The notes beneath the pieces were generated by a model, which searched no databases, was not told where the DNA came from, and saw only the letters and a program-made list of their open reading frames with translations. A DNA stretch of 46,300 nucleotides, from positions 1 to 46,300 of IMG/VR virus record IMGVR_UViG_3300019890_000007; one strand, 5' to 3'. This DNA is from a virus (lineage: Duplodnaviria > Caudoviricetes). The position numbers and the translations under genes are program-made. This document shows positions 21,753-31,264 of this stretch, one piece after another. Positions within the stretch are counted from its first letter, which is position 1, and each line of letters opens with the position of its first letter.

Positions 21753-21815
21753 TCATGCTCCGAAGAACCAGGATAAAAGCCATAGAGATACTATAACTAC
21801 TATTAATGTTTCCAT
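21753..21815 (-). CDS. 20-aa hydrophobic peptide METLIVVIVSLWLLSWFFGA
   Basis: RBS AGGAG 5 nt before ATG; its stop abuts the stop of the convergent gene. Confidence 0.5.
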   Translation of the reverse strand: METLIVVIVSLWLLSWFFGA

Positions 21816-21826
21816 GAGATCTCCTA

Positions 21827-22042
21827 TTATTCCGATTGTGGATTACTATTAGTAAACTCAGGAGCAGGTGAACCGTCAGGATTGACAGTAGTCTGAGTTA
21901 CCGATGTACCGCCTGTCTGATATGTGTCCTGAGTATTAGACACTATAGTACCATTAGAATTATCATTTACTGGTGGAACAAGCTCATCTGCATAGACATT
22001 TATTGATGTCACTAACAACACGCTTAAAAGTAAAGTTTTCAT
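21827..22042 (-). CDS. small secreted protein
   Basis: signal peptide MKTLLLSVLLVTSINVYA; RBS AGGAGGA; own promoter. Confidence 0.75.
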   Translation of the reverse strand: MKTLLLSVLLVTSINVYADELVPPVNDNSNGTIVSNTQDTYQTGGTSVTQTTVNPDGSPAPEFTNSNPQSE

Positions 22043-22062
22043 AAGTCCTCCTATATATCCTT

Positions 22063-22090
22063 AGTATACACATAAAGTGAGATTTGTCAA
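22063..22090 (-). promoter_or_regulatory. sigma70-type promoter for the inverted cassette
   Basis: TTGACA-N16-TATACT. Confidence 0.7.
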
Positions 22091-23535
22091 TGCCTGATTT
22101 CAGTATTTTAAAAACATTAGCTGATCCTAATATGGACAAGATCGTAGGTAGATTACCTGATCAGCAGCCTCAGTCCCAAGACTCTAGTGGTCTAGGTGGC
22201 CTAGGACAGCTTTTAAGTGGTCTAGGAGGCCTAATAGGCAAAGGAGTATCTACCCCACAGTCTGGTGTCAATCCAGCCCAGCAGCCTCAATTAGGCCTAT
22301 TAGGAGCTAGTCAGAAAGGTATAGGCATGAATCCTCAGACTCCTGACTATCAATCGCCTCAGTCTAAGGCTGCACACGGGTCTTTTGATCCTTTCAAGAC
22401 ATCTCAACCTTATATGGGCATGACTACACTCAATAATAATGATGCTCTAAAAGGCTTCATGCAGAAGAGTGGACAGAATATAGACCCTGCTAATACTCCA
22501 TGGTGTGCAGCATACGCTAATAGTGTCTTACAGAGTAGTGGTATGAAAGGGACAGGCAGTCTAGCGGCTAGAAGTTTTCTTAATTATGGGACTCCTACTA
22601 AGACCCCACAAAGAGGGGATATAGTAGTATTCAGTGACTTGACAGGTAATAATGACCCTGCACACGGTCACGTAGGGTTCTATGCGGGGACTGACGGGAA
22701 TGGTAATATAATGACTCTAGGGGGTAATGAAGGTCATGGAGTAGCTATTAAATCATATCCTGCGTCTAAGGTCTTAGGCTATAGACAACCTCTTAACGGT
22801 AACCAGATAGCTCAAGGAATAGCTCCACCTAACGCAAGTCCTGAATTGCCTCATGTCATGCAAGGTATAGCTCATGTAGAGACATCGGACAGTAAAGATC
22901 CTTATTCAGAAGTGGGAAAAGCTACTAATAAGGGAGACAGAGCATATGGTAAGTATCAGATCATGGGGAGTAATATACCATCTTGGAGTGCAGAGGCGTT
23001 AGGACATCCTATGACACCTGGTCAATTCATGAAAGACCCCGCATCACAGGAAAAAGTAGCAGCTTATCAGATGAACAAATATCTACAGAATGGAGCTACT
23101 CCTCAAGACGCAGCTAGTATGTGGTTCACTGGCAAATCTCTCAATAAGGCTAATCCCAACTCTAAGGATGCTTACGGTACGACTAATACAATGTACCAGA
23201 AGAAATTTAATCAGGGTTATCTACAGTCTAAACAACAATCTATGCCTATGGCTTATAATATACCTAATGCTATGCCTGGATATCCTAATGTCAAAGCATT
23301 CGATCCTAATACACCAATGAATCAATTGAGTCCTAAAGACGTAGATGCTATTATGAGACATCTGGGAGGAGGGATGCCGAGCCCTATTGGACGACTAGCT
23401 AATGCAGCTAATCCTAGACTCAGTCAACCTATGAATCATTACCCAGAACCTGGGCAACCTATTCCTGGATTACCTCAGGAAAAATATGATGCTATCGCTA
23501 GGCATATGGATGACGGGCACGATATAGAAGCATGA
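22084..23535 (+). CDS. virion-associated peptidoglycan hydrolase: NlpC/P60-like (TIGR02594) plus lysozyme-like domain
   Basis: TPWCAAY, GHVGFY and LGGNE, then IAHVETS...AYGKYQIM. Confidence 0.8.
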   Translation: MSMPDFSILKTLADPNMDKIVGRLPDQQPQSQDSSGLGGLGQLLSGLGGLIGKGVSTPQSGVNPAQQPQLGLLGASQKGIGMNPQTPDYQSPQSKAAHGSFDPFKTSQPYMGMTTLNNNDALKGFMQKSGQNIDPANTPWCAAYANSVLQSSGMKGTGSLAARSFLNYGTPTKTPQRGDIVVFSDLTGNNDPAHGHVGFYAGTDGNGNIMTLGGNEGHGVAIKSYPASKVLGYRQPLNGNQIAQGIAPPNASPELPHVMQGIAHVETSDSKDPYSEVGKATNKGDRAYGKYQIMGSNIPSWSAEALGHPMTPGQFMKDPASQEKVAAYQMNKYLQNGATPQDAASMWFTGKSLNKANPNSKDAYGTTNTMYQKKFNQGYLQSKQQSMPMAYNIPNAMPGYPNVKAFDPNTPMNQLSPKDVDAIMRHLGGGMPSPIGRLANAANPRLSQPMNHYPEPGQPIPGLPQEKYDAIARHMDDGHDIEA

Positions 23536-23541
23536 CCGATC

Positions 23542-23577
23542 GGGTATTAAAACAGCTTGTAACGCTCTTTAATACCC
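23542..23577. terminator. inverted repeat where the two genome arms converge
   Basis: GGGTATTAAA...TTTAATACCC between convergent genes. Confidence 0.5.
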
Positions 23578-23638
23578 TTAAGGGACTTTCTAGGCTGTTT
23601 AAACTCGATGGTAACCCGCGTACCCTCATCACGTACCT

Positions 23639-24067
23639 CTATCTGAATCTACGAATGTGCGTAACGTAGTGCATACTGTACTCAGCAACATCTACTTTAT
23701 TGGACTGATTACCTCCGATACAACTGACTTTCTCTACTGAACGTAACCAACCATTAAAGTAAGTCACATGGCCTTGCCACGGTTTATCATCAGGGAAATG
23801 GAATACTATTACATCACCTTCCTTGACATCTGCATCATCTACAGGATGACCATAATCATTAAAACTCTGGGCGTTTAATGCCCCTGTACCAGGGTTACCT
23901 ACACTCCGCTCACAAAAATTAATCCATGCTGCACACCAACTAGTCTTAGCAGGGTCTATACTGATATCACCATGGATAGACTGAGATACTAATAAGTCCC
24001 TTATCTTTTTATTATCCCTGACTTCTTCTAATCCTATATAATTCCTTGCTATGTCTATACCAATCAT
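23639..24067 (-). CDS. TIGR02594-family NlpC/P60-like peptidase, putative endolysin
   Basis: SWCAAW, GDVIVF, GHVTYF and IGGNQ motifs. Confidence 0.85.
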   Translation of the reverse strand: MIGIDIARNYIGLEEVRDNKKIRDLLVSQSIHGDISIDPAKTSWCAAWINFCERSVGNPGTGALNAQSFNDYGHPVDDADVKEGDVIVFHFPDDKPWQGHVTYFNGWLRSVEKVSCIGGNQSNKVDVAEYSMHYVTHIRRFR

Positions 24068-24175
24068 TCCGATCCCTCCAATAATTTATTTACTCAGACT
24101 ACCCAATCTACAGCTTTACTTACGGGATAATATAGTAAAATGCTTACTATAATCCACAGTATGAATAACATCATA

Positions 24176-24394
24176 TCACACCTCTTTAATAATAGTCACT
24201 AAGGATTCTAATTTAATACGTCTTTCAAATGCTATATCGTCTTCTATAAAAGCATCTAGCAATTTTATACCTTCCCTCTCATTACGTACCATAGACCAGT
24301 AATACCATCCTGGGGAGTTACTTACTATCTCAGTCCTATACTTCTCAATCCAATACTTACCTAGACCATTCTTTACTAGTCGGTACTTACTCAT
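24176..24394 (-). CDS. hypothetical protein, paralog of 40167-40388
   Basis: MSKYRLVKNGLGKY; RBS GAGGAG. Confidence 0.7.
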   Translation of the reverse strand: MSKYRLVKNGLGKYWIEKYRTEIVSNSPGWYYWSMVRNEREGIKLLDAFIEDDIAFERRIKLESLVTIIKEV

Positions 24395-24548
24395 AATAAC
24401 TCCTCTTCTAAGAAGATATCTAAACGTCTAAAATCTTGTCACACCATTTTATCTAAGTACATCTGCCTTAATAGAGGAAGTACTTCACTCGGAAGACTTG
24501 TTCCGTCACGTAAAGAATCTATAATGTTCTTTACTAATCTATAGTTAT

Positions 24549-24935
24549 TCATCGTAGACTCTCCTCAATGTATTCCCGTGTATAAGGACAATAGCCATTC
24601 TCATGTAGTATAATACCTTCTGTAAATAATACTAATGTTTTTTCATCCATAGTCAATTCAGTATCAGAGTCTATGTGCATATGCTGACTGACTCTAGCTA
24701 TATAAGCCTCTGTATCATTCTCTGAGTCAGGTGCATAACTGTTCAAGATAGTAGATATCTTAGTCAAACCTCTATTAAACTTTTTCATCAATGATGTCTT
24801 AATAGCACGTATACCATCTGAAGGTGTCTCGAATACTTTAAAATCTCTGTCTTGACCTACTATCTCCCCCTGCCATAATTGAGGAGTCAGACGAAGATTA
24901 CCTGGATTATTATTACGTATACCTCTAGGCAGCAT
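24549..24935 (-). CDS. lysozyme-fold protein (RNNNPGN family)
   Basis: RGIRNNNPGNLR, YAP.SENDT.AY and I.HENG motifs. Confidence 0.85.
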   Translation of the reverse strand: MLPRGIRNNNPGNLRLTPQLWQGEIVGQDRDFKVFETPSDGIRAIKTSLMKKFNRGLTKISTILNSYAPDSENDTEAYIARVSQHMHIDSDTELTMDEKTLVLFTEGIILHENGYCPYTREYIEESLR

Positions 24936-25002
24936 TTTCTAACCTCTTTATGTACAGTTCGTAATCATCCTTAGGAATCTGAGTAAAACGGGTAAACACG
25001 TA

Positions 25003-25212
25003 CTATTTACCTCTGGCTAATAGCTTCTGTACATCACGGTCAATCTCTGTAATCTGATTACTAAGACTAGTCACTTGCCATGTCAGAGACTTCACACTGT
25101 CTTGTAAGTCAGTGACCATCTTAATAGTCATAGACTGCAGCATATCAGGAAGGACTAACTTAATGTCGGATGGAAAAGCAGCTTTAGCTTGTGCATCTAA
25201 ATATTCTTGCAT
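25003..25212 (-). CDS. hypothetical coiled-coil protein
   Basis: ORF track; RBS GAGGA. Confidence 0.6.
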   Translation of the reverse strand: MQEYLDAQAKAAFPSDIKLVLPDMLQSMTIKMVTDLQDSVKSLTWQVTSLSNQITEIDRDVQKLLARGK

Positions 25213-25616
25213 AAGAGTCCTCGTATTTGTCTATCACTCTTGATGTCTGTGAACATACTCGTAAAAGGATCTATATACCTTACTTCTTTTCCTTGAGCTA
25301 GAGCAAACTCTATTTCGGCACAGACTCCGACACTGTCTTTCCAGCCATCTAGCATTACTACCCATACCCCATCACTACGTCGGATAGCCTCTAGGTCAAT
25401 ATCCTTCCACTTAGCGAAACTACCACCTAACGAAGGTATGATACGTTCCATAGGAGCACTCTGAGTAATGGGTAGATAGAAACAGTATCCGTATTTTAAG
25501 ACTAGTTCTGCGGCTACTCTAGTCACCTCTTGCTCACGTTCCTTCATGACTTTCTTGTACTTATGAGTATATGGCGAGGCTATATAAATCATAGGCAAAT
25601 TCGTTTTAGGTAACAT
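25197..25616 (-). CDS. nucleoside 2-deoxyribosyltransferase-like protein (DUF1937-like)
   Basis: IYIASPY, D...I..SD and GW..S.GV.AEIEFA motifs. Confidence 0.8.
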   Translation of the reverse strand: MLPKTNLPMIYIASPYTHKYKKVMKEREQEVTRVAAELVLKYGYCFYLPITQSAPMERIIPSLGGSFAKWKDIDLEAIRRSDGVWVVMLDGWKDSVGVCAEIEFALAQGKEVRYIDPFTSMFTDIKSDRQIRGLLCKNI

Positions 25617-25617
25617 A

Positions 25618-26346
25618 TTAACTACCTCCCAAGTCTATACTGTCAGTAGATCCGAAATCTACGTTATGAACCTCGTTACCACTTCTTATGAGACTGCCTT
25701 TCCTACCTGTATTATTAAACCCTGTAGTAGAAGGAGTAGAGTCTAGATGAGTCACTTTACTAAACTTAGATACGTATGGAGGACTGTTTATACTGTTCTG
25801 ATGACTAGTATACGCAACACCATTAAAATCTCTGTGAATAGGCTGCCTGTACTCATCTCCCTGTACAGCATTCTTAATAGACATACCTATATTCCTACCT
25901 ACGCCTCCCATAGTATAATGACGCCTGTCATCACGTTGTCTTAATTTATTGACAATACCTTTGGAGAACTCTTCTTTTAATTGACCGTCTTTAAATACTC
26001 TATCATCTTTATCTGGATGCTCTAATAGCAAGACAGCCGCCATAAGGTAGTTATAAGCTACTTGTGCCATATGAAGAGGTGTATTAGTAGTCGGAAGCCC
26101 CTGAAGAGTCTTTTCTTCAGAGTTAATATCAAAACCTCTCTTGACTTTATTAGCATGACGTTCTGCAGCATTTAGACAATACATCAACGTCACAGGGCTA
26201 TCCTCTAATACCCAATTAAGAGGTCTATACCCTTTCTCAATAGACATCTCAGCAACTTCGGCTAATAACTCTAAGAACTTAGGATGTAACGCACTTGATG
26301 CTAGAGGTAACTTACCTTTCTTACTCTGCATTGGGTCTAATCTCAT
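25618..26346 (-). CDS. dATP/dGTP diphosphohydrolase-like domain protein (DUF5664-like), divergent
   Basis: K.PL, LAEV...KGY..LNW, AAERH and HMAQVAYNYLM pattern. Confidence 0.65.
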   Translation of the reverse strand: MRLDPMQSKKGKLPLASSALHPKFLELLAEVAEMSIEKGYRPLNWVLEDSPVTLMYCLNAAERHANKVKRGFDINSEEKTLQGLPTTNTPLHMAQVAYNYLMAAVLLLEHPDKDDRVFKDGQLKEEFSKGIVNKLRQRDDRRHYTMGGVGRNIGMSIKNAVQGDEYRQPIHRDFNGVAYTSHQNSINSPPYVSKFSKVTHLDSTPSTTGFNNTGRKGSLIRSGNEVHNVDFGSTDSIDLGGS

Positions 26347-26558
26347 AGAATCTCCTCACTCAATTCTGTCAAGTCTAATTGGATATGATCAGGAGTATTT
26401 GCAATAAGAACAAGAGAATCACCATCCTGTCCATCCGTCTCAAAAGAGAATAACGGGACTTGTAATGTACCATCTGAATGGTCTATAGCTATGTCTACCT
26501 GACGATCAGCATGGGCTAACTCAATCTGTAAATACTCAATCAACTCAGATATCTTCAT
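26343..26558 (-). CDS. hypothetical acidic protein
   Basis: ORF track; MKISELIEYLQ. Confidence 0.65.
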   Translation of the reverse strand: MKISELIEYLQIELAHADRQVDIAIDHSDGTLQVPLFSFETDGQDGDSLVLIANTPDHIQLDLTELSEEIL

Positions 26559-26784
26559 AATACCCCCAGTAAGTGTAATGCTATGACGAACTGTAATATA
26601 GCGCTGCTACAAGCTGCTGCTGTACGTATCTGTTCTAGTGTTAGAATAGTACGGCAGAATGATTTTTTCTTTCGCATCTCAGACTCCTTTATTGGCTATT
26701 TCAGTCTCTAGTATCTCTATTCTTTCTTCTAGTCCATTTAATCTACAATTCTCAGGACTTTGCTCATTAAATAAGTTTTCCATA

Positions 26785-26934
26785 TTATATCCCTTTATTA
26801 GCTAAAATTAACCCTATATTGCCTAGCCCGTAAGCCAAGAATACTATACTCATGCCTGCGTGACCTTCCATATAATTAGATAGTGCAGTAGCTGCGTAAA
26901 TAAGAGCCACTATTGCGATTAATAAGTTACTCAT
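26785..26934 (-). CDS. small membrane protein
   Basis: MSNLLIAIVALIY; two hydrophobic helices; RBS AGGAG. Confidence 0.6.
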   Translation of the reverse strand: MSNLLIAIVALIYAATALSNYMEGHAGMSIVFLAYGLGNIGLILANKGI

Positions 26935-27130
26935 CTTTAGCTCCTTTGATATTTTTACCAGGCCAATCATGACCCTTTAATTGGAAGTGAGTAGAGTAGG
27001 TCTCCTGTCTGTGCATCGGACAATGACAGAATGTACAACGTACAGACTCAGTCTCACTGCTTACTAGACACTCTTGTAGTAATCCGTTCTGACTGCATCC
27101 GTAATTAGTACATTCATAATCAAATAACAT
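26927..27130 (-). CDS. FmdB-like zinc-ribbon protein
   Basis: FDYEC...C, CTFC and F.LKG..W motifs. Confidence 0.75.
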   Translation of the reverse strand: MLFDYECTNYGCSQNGLLQECLVSSETESVRCTFCHCPMHRQETYSTHFQLKGHDWPGKNIKGAKDE

Positions 27131-27131
27131 A

Positions 27132-27974
27132 TTAACCCTTGAATATCTTAGTGCATGTATTACATTTAAATCTACCTTCTTTAAGTTTCTTTAGATCAGT
27201 AGCTGAACGCCGTTTTTTTCTACAGGACTTACAATAAGGCTTACCTTTTAAGACTGGCTTATAATAAGAAACTTCGCTAGAGTGTTCTTTCTTTATATTA
27301 AGAAAGCTCAATATTACTTTTTCTACAGACGTAGGCAAATCTTTATAATAAGGCAATTCCTTCCAGAATAATTTCCACGTATCTTCAACGTCTTTACATC
27401 CGTATTTAGCCATCTTCTTACTTACAGGTACGTTATTATACTCAATGTCTATCCAGTCTTGGTCTACCATCTGGATCTTACCGCCAAGTCCTTGCTGAGA
27501 ACTTCGGTAATCCAACTTATGGCTAGCCGCCCTGAAGGATTTTCTACTGAGTTTCAAGATATCTATACTAGGTTTTTGATCTAGTATACCTAATTGTAAA
27601 ACCTTAGCACGCTCATTCAATGTGATAAAATCGAACTTATCCCCATTCTGAGTGACTGTCAAATCTGCTTTAGGCAGAATGGTAGTCAAGAACTCTGTGA
27701 TCATACCAGAATCATCAAAAGCTTTACTACCAGTCCCGTCATTCACCTTATCCCATTCCAGATACTTAGCTTTCTTGTCCTGTCCCCACATATACTGAAT
27801 ACTTATGACTTTACTAGGACTGCGTATTTGATTATGGTAAACACTACATTTAGACCCTATATAGAAAGAAGTCAATTCCATATGACTAGTCTCAATATCA
27901 TAAGGCAAGACTCTCATACCATTCTTCATAGCTTCTTTGAAGAATTGCACTCTTAAGTTAGAAGGAATTCTCAT
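27132..27974 (-). CDS. RNase H-fold 3'-5' exonuclease (DEDDy type) with C-terminal zinc finger
   Basis: YDIETS, NGDKFD and YGCKDV; CKSC...CNTC. Confidence 0.85.
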   Translation of the reverse strand: MRIPSNLRVQFFKEAMKNGMRVLPYDIETSHMELTSFYIGSKCSVYHNQIRSPSKVISIQYMWGQDKKAKYLEWDKVNDGTGSKAFDDSGMITEFLTTILPKADLTVTQNGDKFDFITLNERAKVLQLGILDQKPSIDILKLSRKSFRAASHKLDYRSSQQGLGGKIQMVDQDWIDIEYNNVPVSKKMAKYGCKDVEDTWKLFWKELPYYKDLPTSVEKVILSFLNIKKEHSSEVSYYKPVLKGKPYCKSCRKKRRSATDLKKLKEGRFKCNTCTKIFKG

Positions 27975-28219
27975 TAGTAAGCATCTCCATTCTCTTTAAT
28001 TTTTAAGTCCTCGTAAGGACGGGCTATACGAGCATAGAACTCTAGTTTAGCTCCTTCTAAAGCACCTATTATATCATTAATGGTTTGATAAGATAATCCT
28101 TTGGTAATACTATATTGAATTAGTGAATGGGTAATAAAGTAATTTAACTCTCCTGCATTTATAGGAACACTAGTAATAGTCTTTAAATCAGAACGCAACT
28201 CTTGTTTAATATATGGCAT
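27974..28219 (-). CDS. conserved phage protein
   Basis: MPYIKQ...GELNY...PYEDLKIKENGD pattern common in phages. Confidence 0.75.
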   Translation of the reverse strand: MPYIKQELRSDLKTITSVPINAGELNYFITHSLIQYSITKGLSYQTINDIIGALEGAKLEFYARIARPYEDLKIKENGDAY

Positions 28220-29046
28220 TATATTACCCTCATTTCACGAAGTCTTTTACGGCAACTCAACCACTTATTAAAATCGTTAAATGACTGAATACCATAACTC
28301 AGACAATCTATGATAGTGTTGATACTCGCACTACATTGCATCAATACACCAAAACTAATCTTTAACCCAAAGTATAGAGGCGCTAATATCAGATAAGGTA
28401 CTATGACAGTAATCTGACTATAAAACGATTGAAAGTAAGACAGATACTTAGTAGTCTTGAACATATTATAATTATTTCTATAAACTTTTGAGTAATTCAA
28501 CTTACTCAAGACTTGTCTGAACCCAGCTTCTAAATTCTGATTGACATAATTAAGGTTGATCAAAGGTCTTGCAATATGAGCTGCTAATCCTGTACCGATT
28601 ATAGCATATAGAATAGGAATAGTCAAGTAAGTCCAGTGTAATTGATACACTAAAATGCTAGAGTACGTAATCAAGACTACTATGTTTCTTATACCGCCTG
28701 ATAACAAGCTTATCTTAAGCTGATTATAAAGGAAGCAATCCTCTTGTATTCGTTGTTGATAATTCTCTACCTTATGGACTTGCTTAAGAGCTTTCCTAGT
28801 CATCCTAGTCCTGAGTATAAGGCTGACATAGTTACCTAGATACTGACCGTACCCACTGACTAGACAAGCAGCTAATGCGGCTAGACTGAAGTAGACTAGA
28901 TATAGACTGAACATCTTGTAGTTATGAGTATTGACAGCCTGCCAGAAACTTTCACGCCATACGCCGATATAGCCTACTAGACCACATTCTATACAGATAG
29001 TCGCAACTAATAGTAATACACTTCGTCTGAGTCTAGGTAAAATCAT
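28219..29046 (-). CDS. SbmA/BacA-like (ABC transmembrane domain type) membrane protein
   Basis: multiple TM helices; W...FW.A, QRIQED, EAGFR (EAA-like) and VPYLILAPLYF...ISFGVLMQ motifs. Confidence 0.8.
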   Translation of the reverse strand: MILPRLRRSVLLLVATICIECGLVGYIGVWRESFWQAVNTHNYKMFSLYLVYFSLAALAACLVSGYGQYLGNYVSLILRTRMTRKALKQVHKVENYQQRIQEDCFLYNQLKISLLSGGIRNIVVLITYSSILVYQLHWTYLTIPILYAIIGTGLAAHIARPLINLNYVNQNLEAGFRQVLSKLNYSKVYRNNYNMFKTTKYLSYFQSFYSQITVIVPYLILAPLYFGLKISFGVLMQCSASINTIIDCLSYGIQSFNDFNKWLSCRKRLREMRVI

Positions 29047-29219
29047 GAAGAAAACCCAAATAGCACGTTAAATATAGGCGCATCTACGGTAATCCACTGT
29101 CCTGTAAAAACCCAATGAAACTGTGTGACCTGTTTATCTAATTCTATAATAGGGCTGAGTTGATCTAAATTTACTGATAGATATAAGCTAGGATACATGT
29201 CTATACTAGATACGTCCAT
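29043..29219 (-). CDS. hypothetical 58-aa protein
   Basis: TAATG and ATGA overlaps with both neighbours; MDVSSIDMYP... Confidence 0.55.
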   Translation of the reverse strand: MDVSSIDMYPSLYLSVNLDQLSPIIELDKQVTQFHWVFTGQWITVDAPIFNVLFGFSS

Positions 29220-29455
29220 TATTCACCCCTTTTTATATAATCTACTGGTTGCTCAGACTGACTTTGTTTCTTCTCTAGTACTTTTTCAGCAGCTATGAGA
29301 GTATTATAAGCTATGTTAATACTTAGAGTAAAGGCTTCTATATTATCCTTTAAGCCTAATACTTCCTTTATTGTCAACAATCTCCTGACTATCTCATCAG
29401 CTAAGCAGAACTTGAATGGACTAACAGGATACTCTACGCCCTTATGTTTCATCAT
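29219..29455 (-). CDS. hypothetical protein
   Basis: ORF track. Confidence 0.6.
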   Translation of the reverse strand: MMKHKGVEYPVSPFKFCLADEIVRRLLTIKEVLGLKDNIEAFTLSINIAYNTLIAAEKVLEKKQSQSEQPVDYIKRGE

Positions 29456-29456
29456 A

Positions 29457-30131
29457 CTACTGAATCTCCTGTAGAATTATGACCATTTCACTAAATTTGT
29501 AGTTAGGCACAGATCTCTTGCCTATGCTGGCTAATAAGTCTAAGACATGTTGACTTGAGTTACCGAAGGAAGGACTACCACACTCGTGTGCCTGTTGAGT
29601 CAGATCATCTGCCTCGCCTCTAGCCAGAATCATGCCTACGATCGCGCCATCGTCTCTGGTAATGTCCCCACCACTCATGCCTGCACAGACCTGACCAGTC
29701 ATCGTAATATCATAAGTCATACTATCAAAAAAATCAGATTTCTGTGTTATTCCTGGTAATGCGAGAAAACGTCCTTCTAAATAACCTGCATACCCTTCTT
29801 TATTAATTCTCTGATTACTCTCAGGCAGAGCTAGTCTAGCAACATGCAGAGGATGTGGTACATTGACCTTCAACAAAGACAAATCGTGATGTCTATCATC
29901 CGCTATAATTGTAGCGGGATACCCTTTGTCGTCTACAATGATAACAAGAACACCTATAGGAGACTTAGGATGAGCTACATGATAAGCAGTCGCTATTATA
30001 CCGTCTGATGTGACGGCGAAGCCTGTACCTTGGCTGACTCTGGTATCAGCACGTGCTATATTAGAAAAACCGATTAAGAAAGCTATTCCTATAAGCAACC
30101 CTACTACGAACCCAAAATTACTTTTATTCAT
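29457..30131 (-). CDS. trypsin-like serine protease with signal or anchor sequence
   Basis: TAYHV (His), HDLSLL (Asp), GMSGG (Ser); hydrophobic N-terminus from MNKSNFG. Confidence 0.85.
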   Translation of the reverse strand: MNKSNFGFVVGLLIGIAFLIGFSNIARADTRVSQGTGFAVTSDGIIATAYHVAHPKSPIGVLVIIVDDKGYPATIIADDRHHDLSLLKVNVPHPLHVARLALPESNQRINKEGYAGYLEGRFLALPGITQKSDFFDSMTYDITMTGQVCAGMSGGDITRDDGAIVGMILARGEADDLTQQAHECGSPSFGNSSQHVLDLLASIGKRSVPNYKFSEMVIILQEIQ

Positions 30132-30735
30132 GTCTCTTCCCCTTATGACCTTCGTTATTCTCAAATAACACTTTATAATATCTACCTAGATCGTGTAAAT
30201 AGAGCATAAGACCTTCTGGCTCCATAAAACCTTCGACTAGATGACTTCCGTATTCTATCAATCTATTACGGCAATTGTCAATAACCGCATTAACAAAATC
30301 TAGGGAATACGTACCTAATACAGGTACTATCCCACAACATTCAGGTAGATGAGACCCAGCCCATTTTTGAGTATTAAATAGAGCGAATCTTTTTTCCTTT
30401 AATCCGTAATTACGATTTATACCTTGACCGTACCATTCTCCATAATGACGACCTTCCCCTAATCCTTCTATTAATTCTACTGCATTAGCCATGACAAAGT
30501 CATAGAAATGAAAGTTATGATCTTTCTCAGTCAACCATCTATTACGTCCGCCTGCTCTGATGTGCAGACAGCCTCTCTTGTCTCTCCAGACACATATCTG
30601 ACCATTAGTACCGTCTATCTTCTCTGTTATTGTCACAGTCTCGCGAACAAGACGGCTAATTTTAAGAAACTTTCGGAACTCTACGTCTCCGTAATAATCT
30701 AGTTCTTTTTGTACGTCCAATTCTTCAAGTATCAT
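30124..30735 (-). CDS. RNA ligase (Rnl2-type nucleotidyltransferase)
   Basis: motif I TEKIDGTN; YGEWYG, FALFN, PEGLM and final YYK. Confidence 0.85.
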   Translation of the reverse strand: MILEELDVQKELDYYGDVEFRKFLKISRLVRETVTITEKIDGTNGQICVWRDKRGCLHIRAGGRNRWLTEKDHNFHFYDFVMANAVELIEGLGEGRHYGEWYGQGINRNYGLKEKRFALFNTQKWAGSHLPECCGIVPVLGTYSLDFVNAVIDNCRNRLIEYGSHLVEGFMEPEGLMLYLHDLGRYYKVLFENNEGHKGKRHE

Positions 30736-30895
30736 TCGCTGGCCTCATACTCTCGGATGACAAGGCTTAATATCACATGCTCTAATTCCGCCATTTTTCC
30801 TTGGAGTTTACTGCCTCTTTTCATAGTCACATTCTCATCTATGGGAGAATCAAGAAAAGTTGAATATTTCTTCACAGCTATTTTAAGTTGTCGGT

Positions 30896-31264
30896 TCACA
30901 GCTCACCTTTCAATTTAAATTGTTGAAAATATCTATAAGTACCGTCTAAAGAGCGCCTATTACGTCCTCCATCAGCAGTTTTCTCGAATCCTTTAAGACC
31001 CGTGTTGCACATATAACATAACAGACCTCTGACGTACTTACAACGCTGCTCAGGAGGCATCTTCTTATACCCTAATATATGAATATGATCTACACATAAT
31101 ATCTTAGACTTAGGCAGAGTCTGACATATATAACAAACACCTTTTTGATCCTCTAACATTCTATTAAACGTAGAAAGAGAGATGCCATAAGTCTTATACA
31201 GAGTCTTATTTTTTAAGTCTAGTTTTTTTAGTAGATTTTCTTCTGGAGTCTGTAGTTTTCGCAT
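30896..31264 (-). CDS. endonuclease VII-family nuclease
   Basis: YGIS, CYIC, VDHIH and VRGLLCYMCN motifs. Confidence 0.9.
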   Translation of the reverse strand: MRKLQTPEENLLKKLDLKNKTLYKTYGISLSTFNRMLEDQKGVCYICQTLPKSKILCVDHIHILGYKKMPPEQRCKYVRGLLCYMCNTGLKGFEKTADGGRNRRSLDGTYRYFQQFKLKGEL

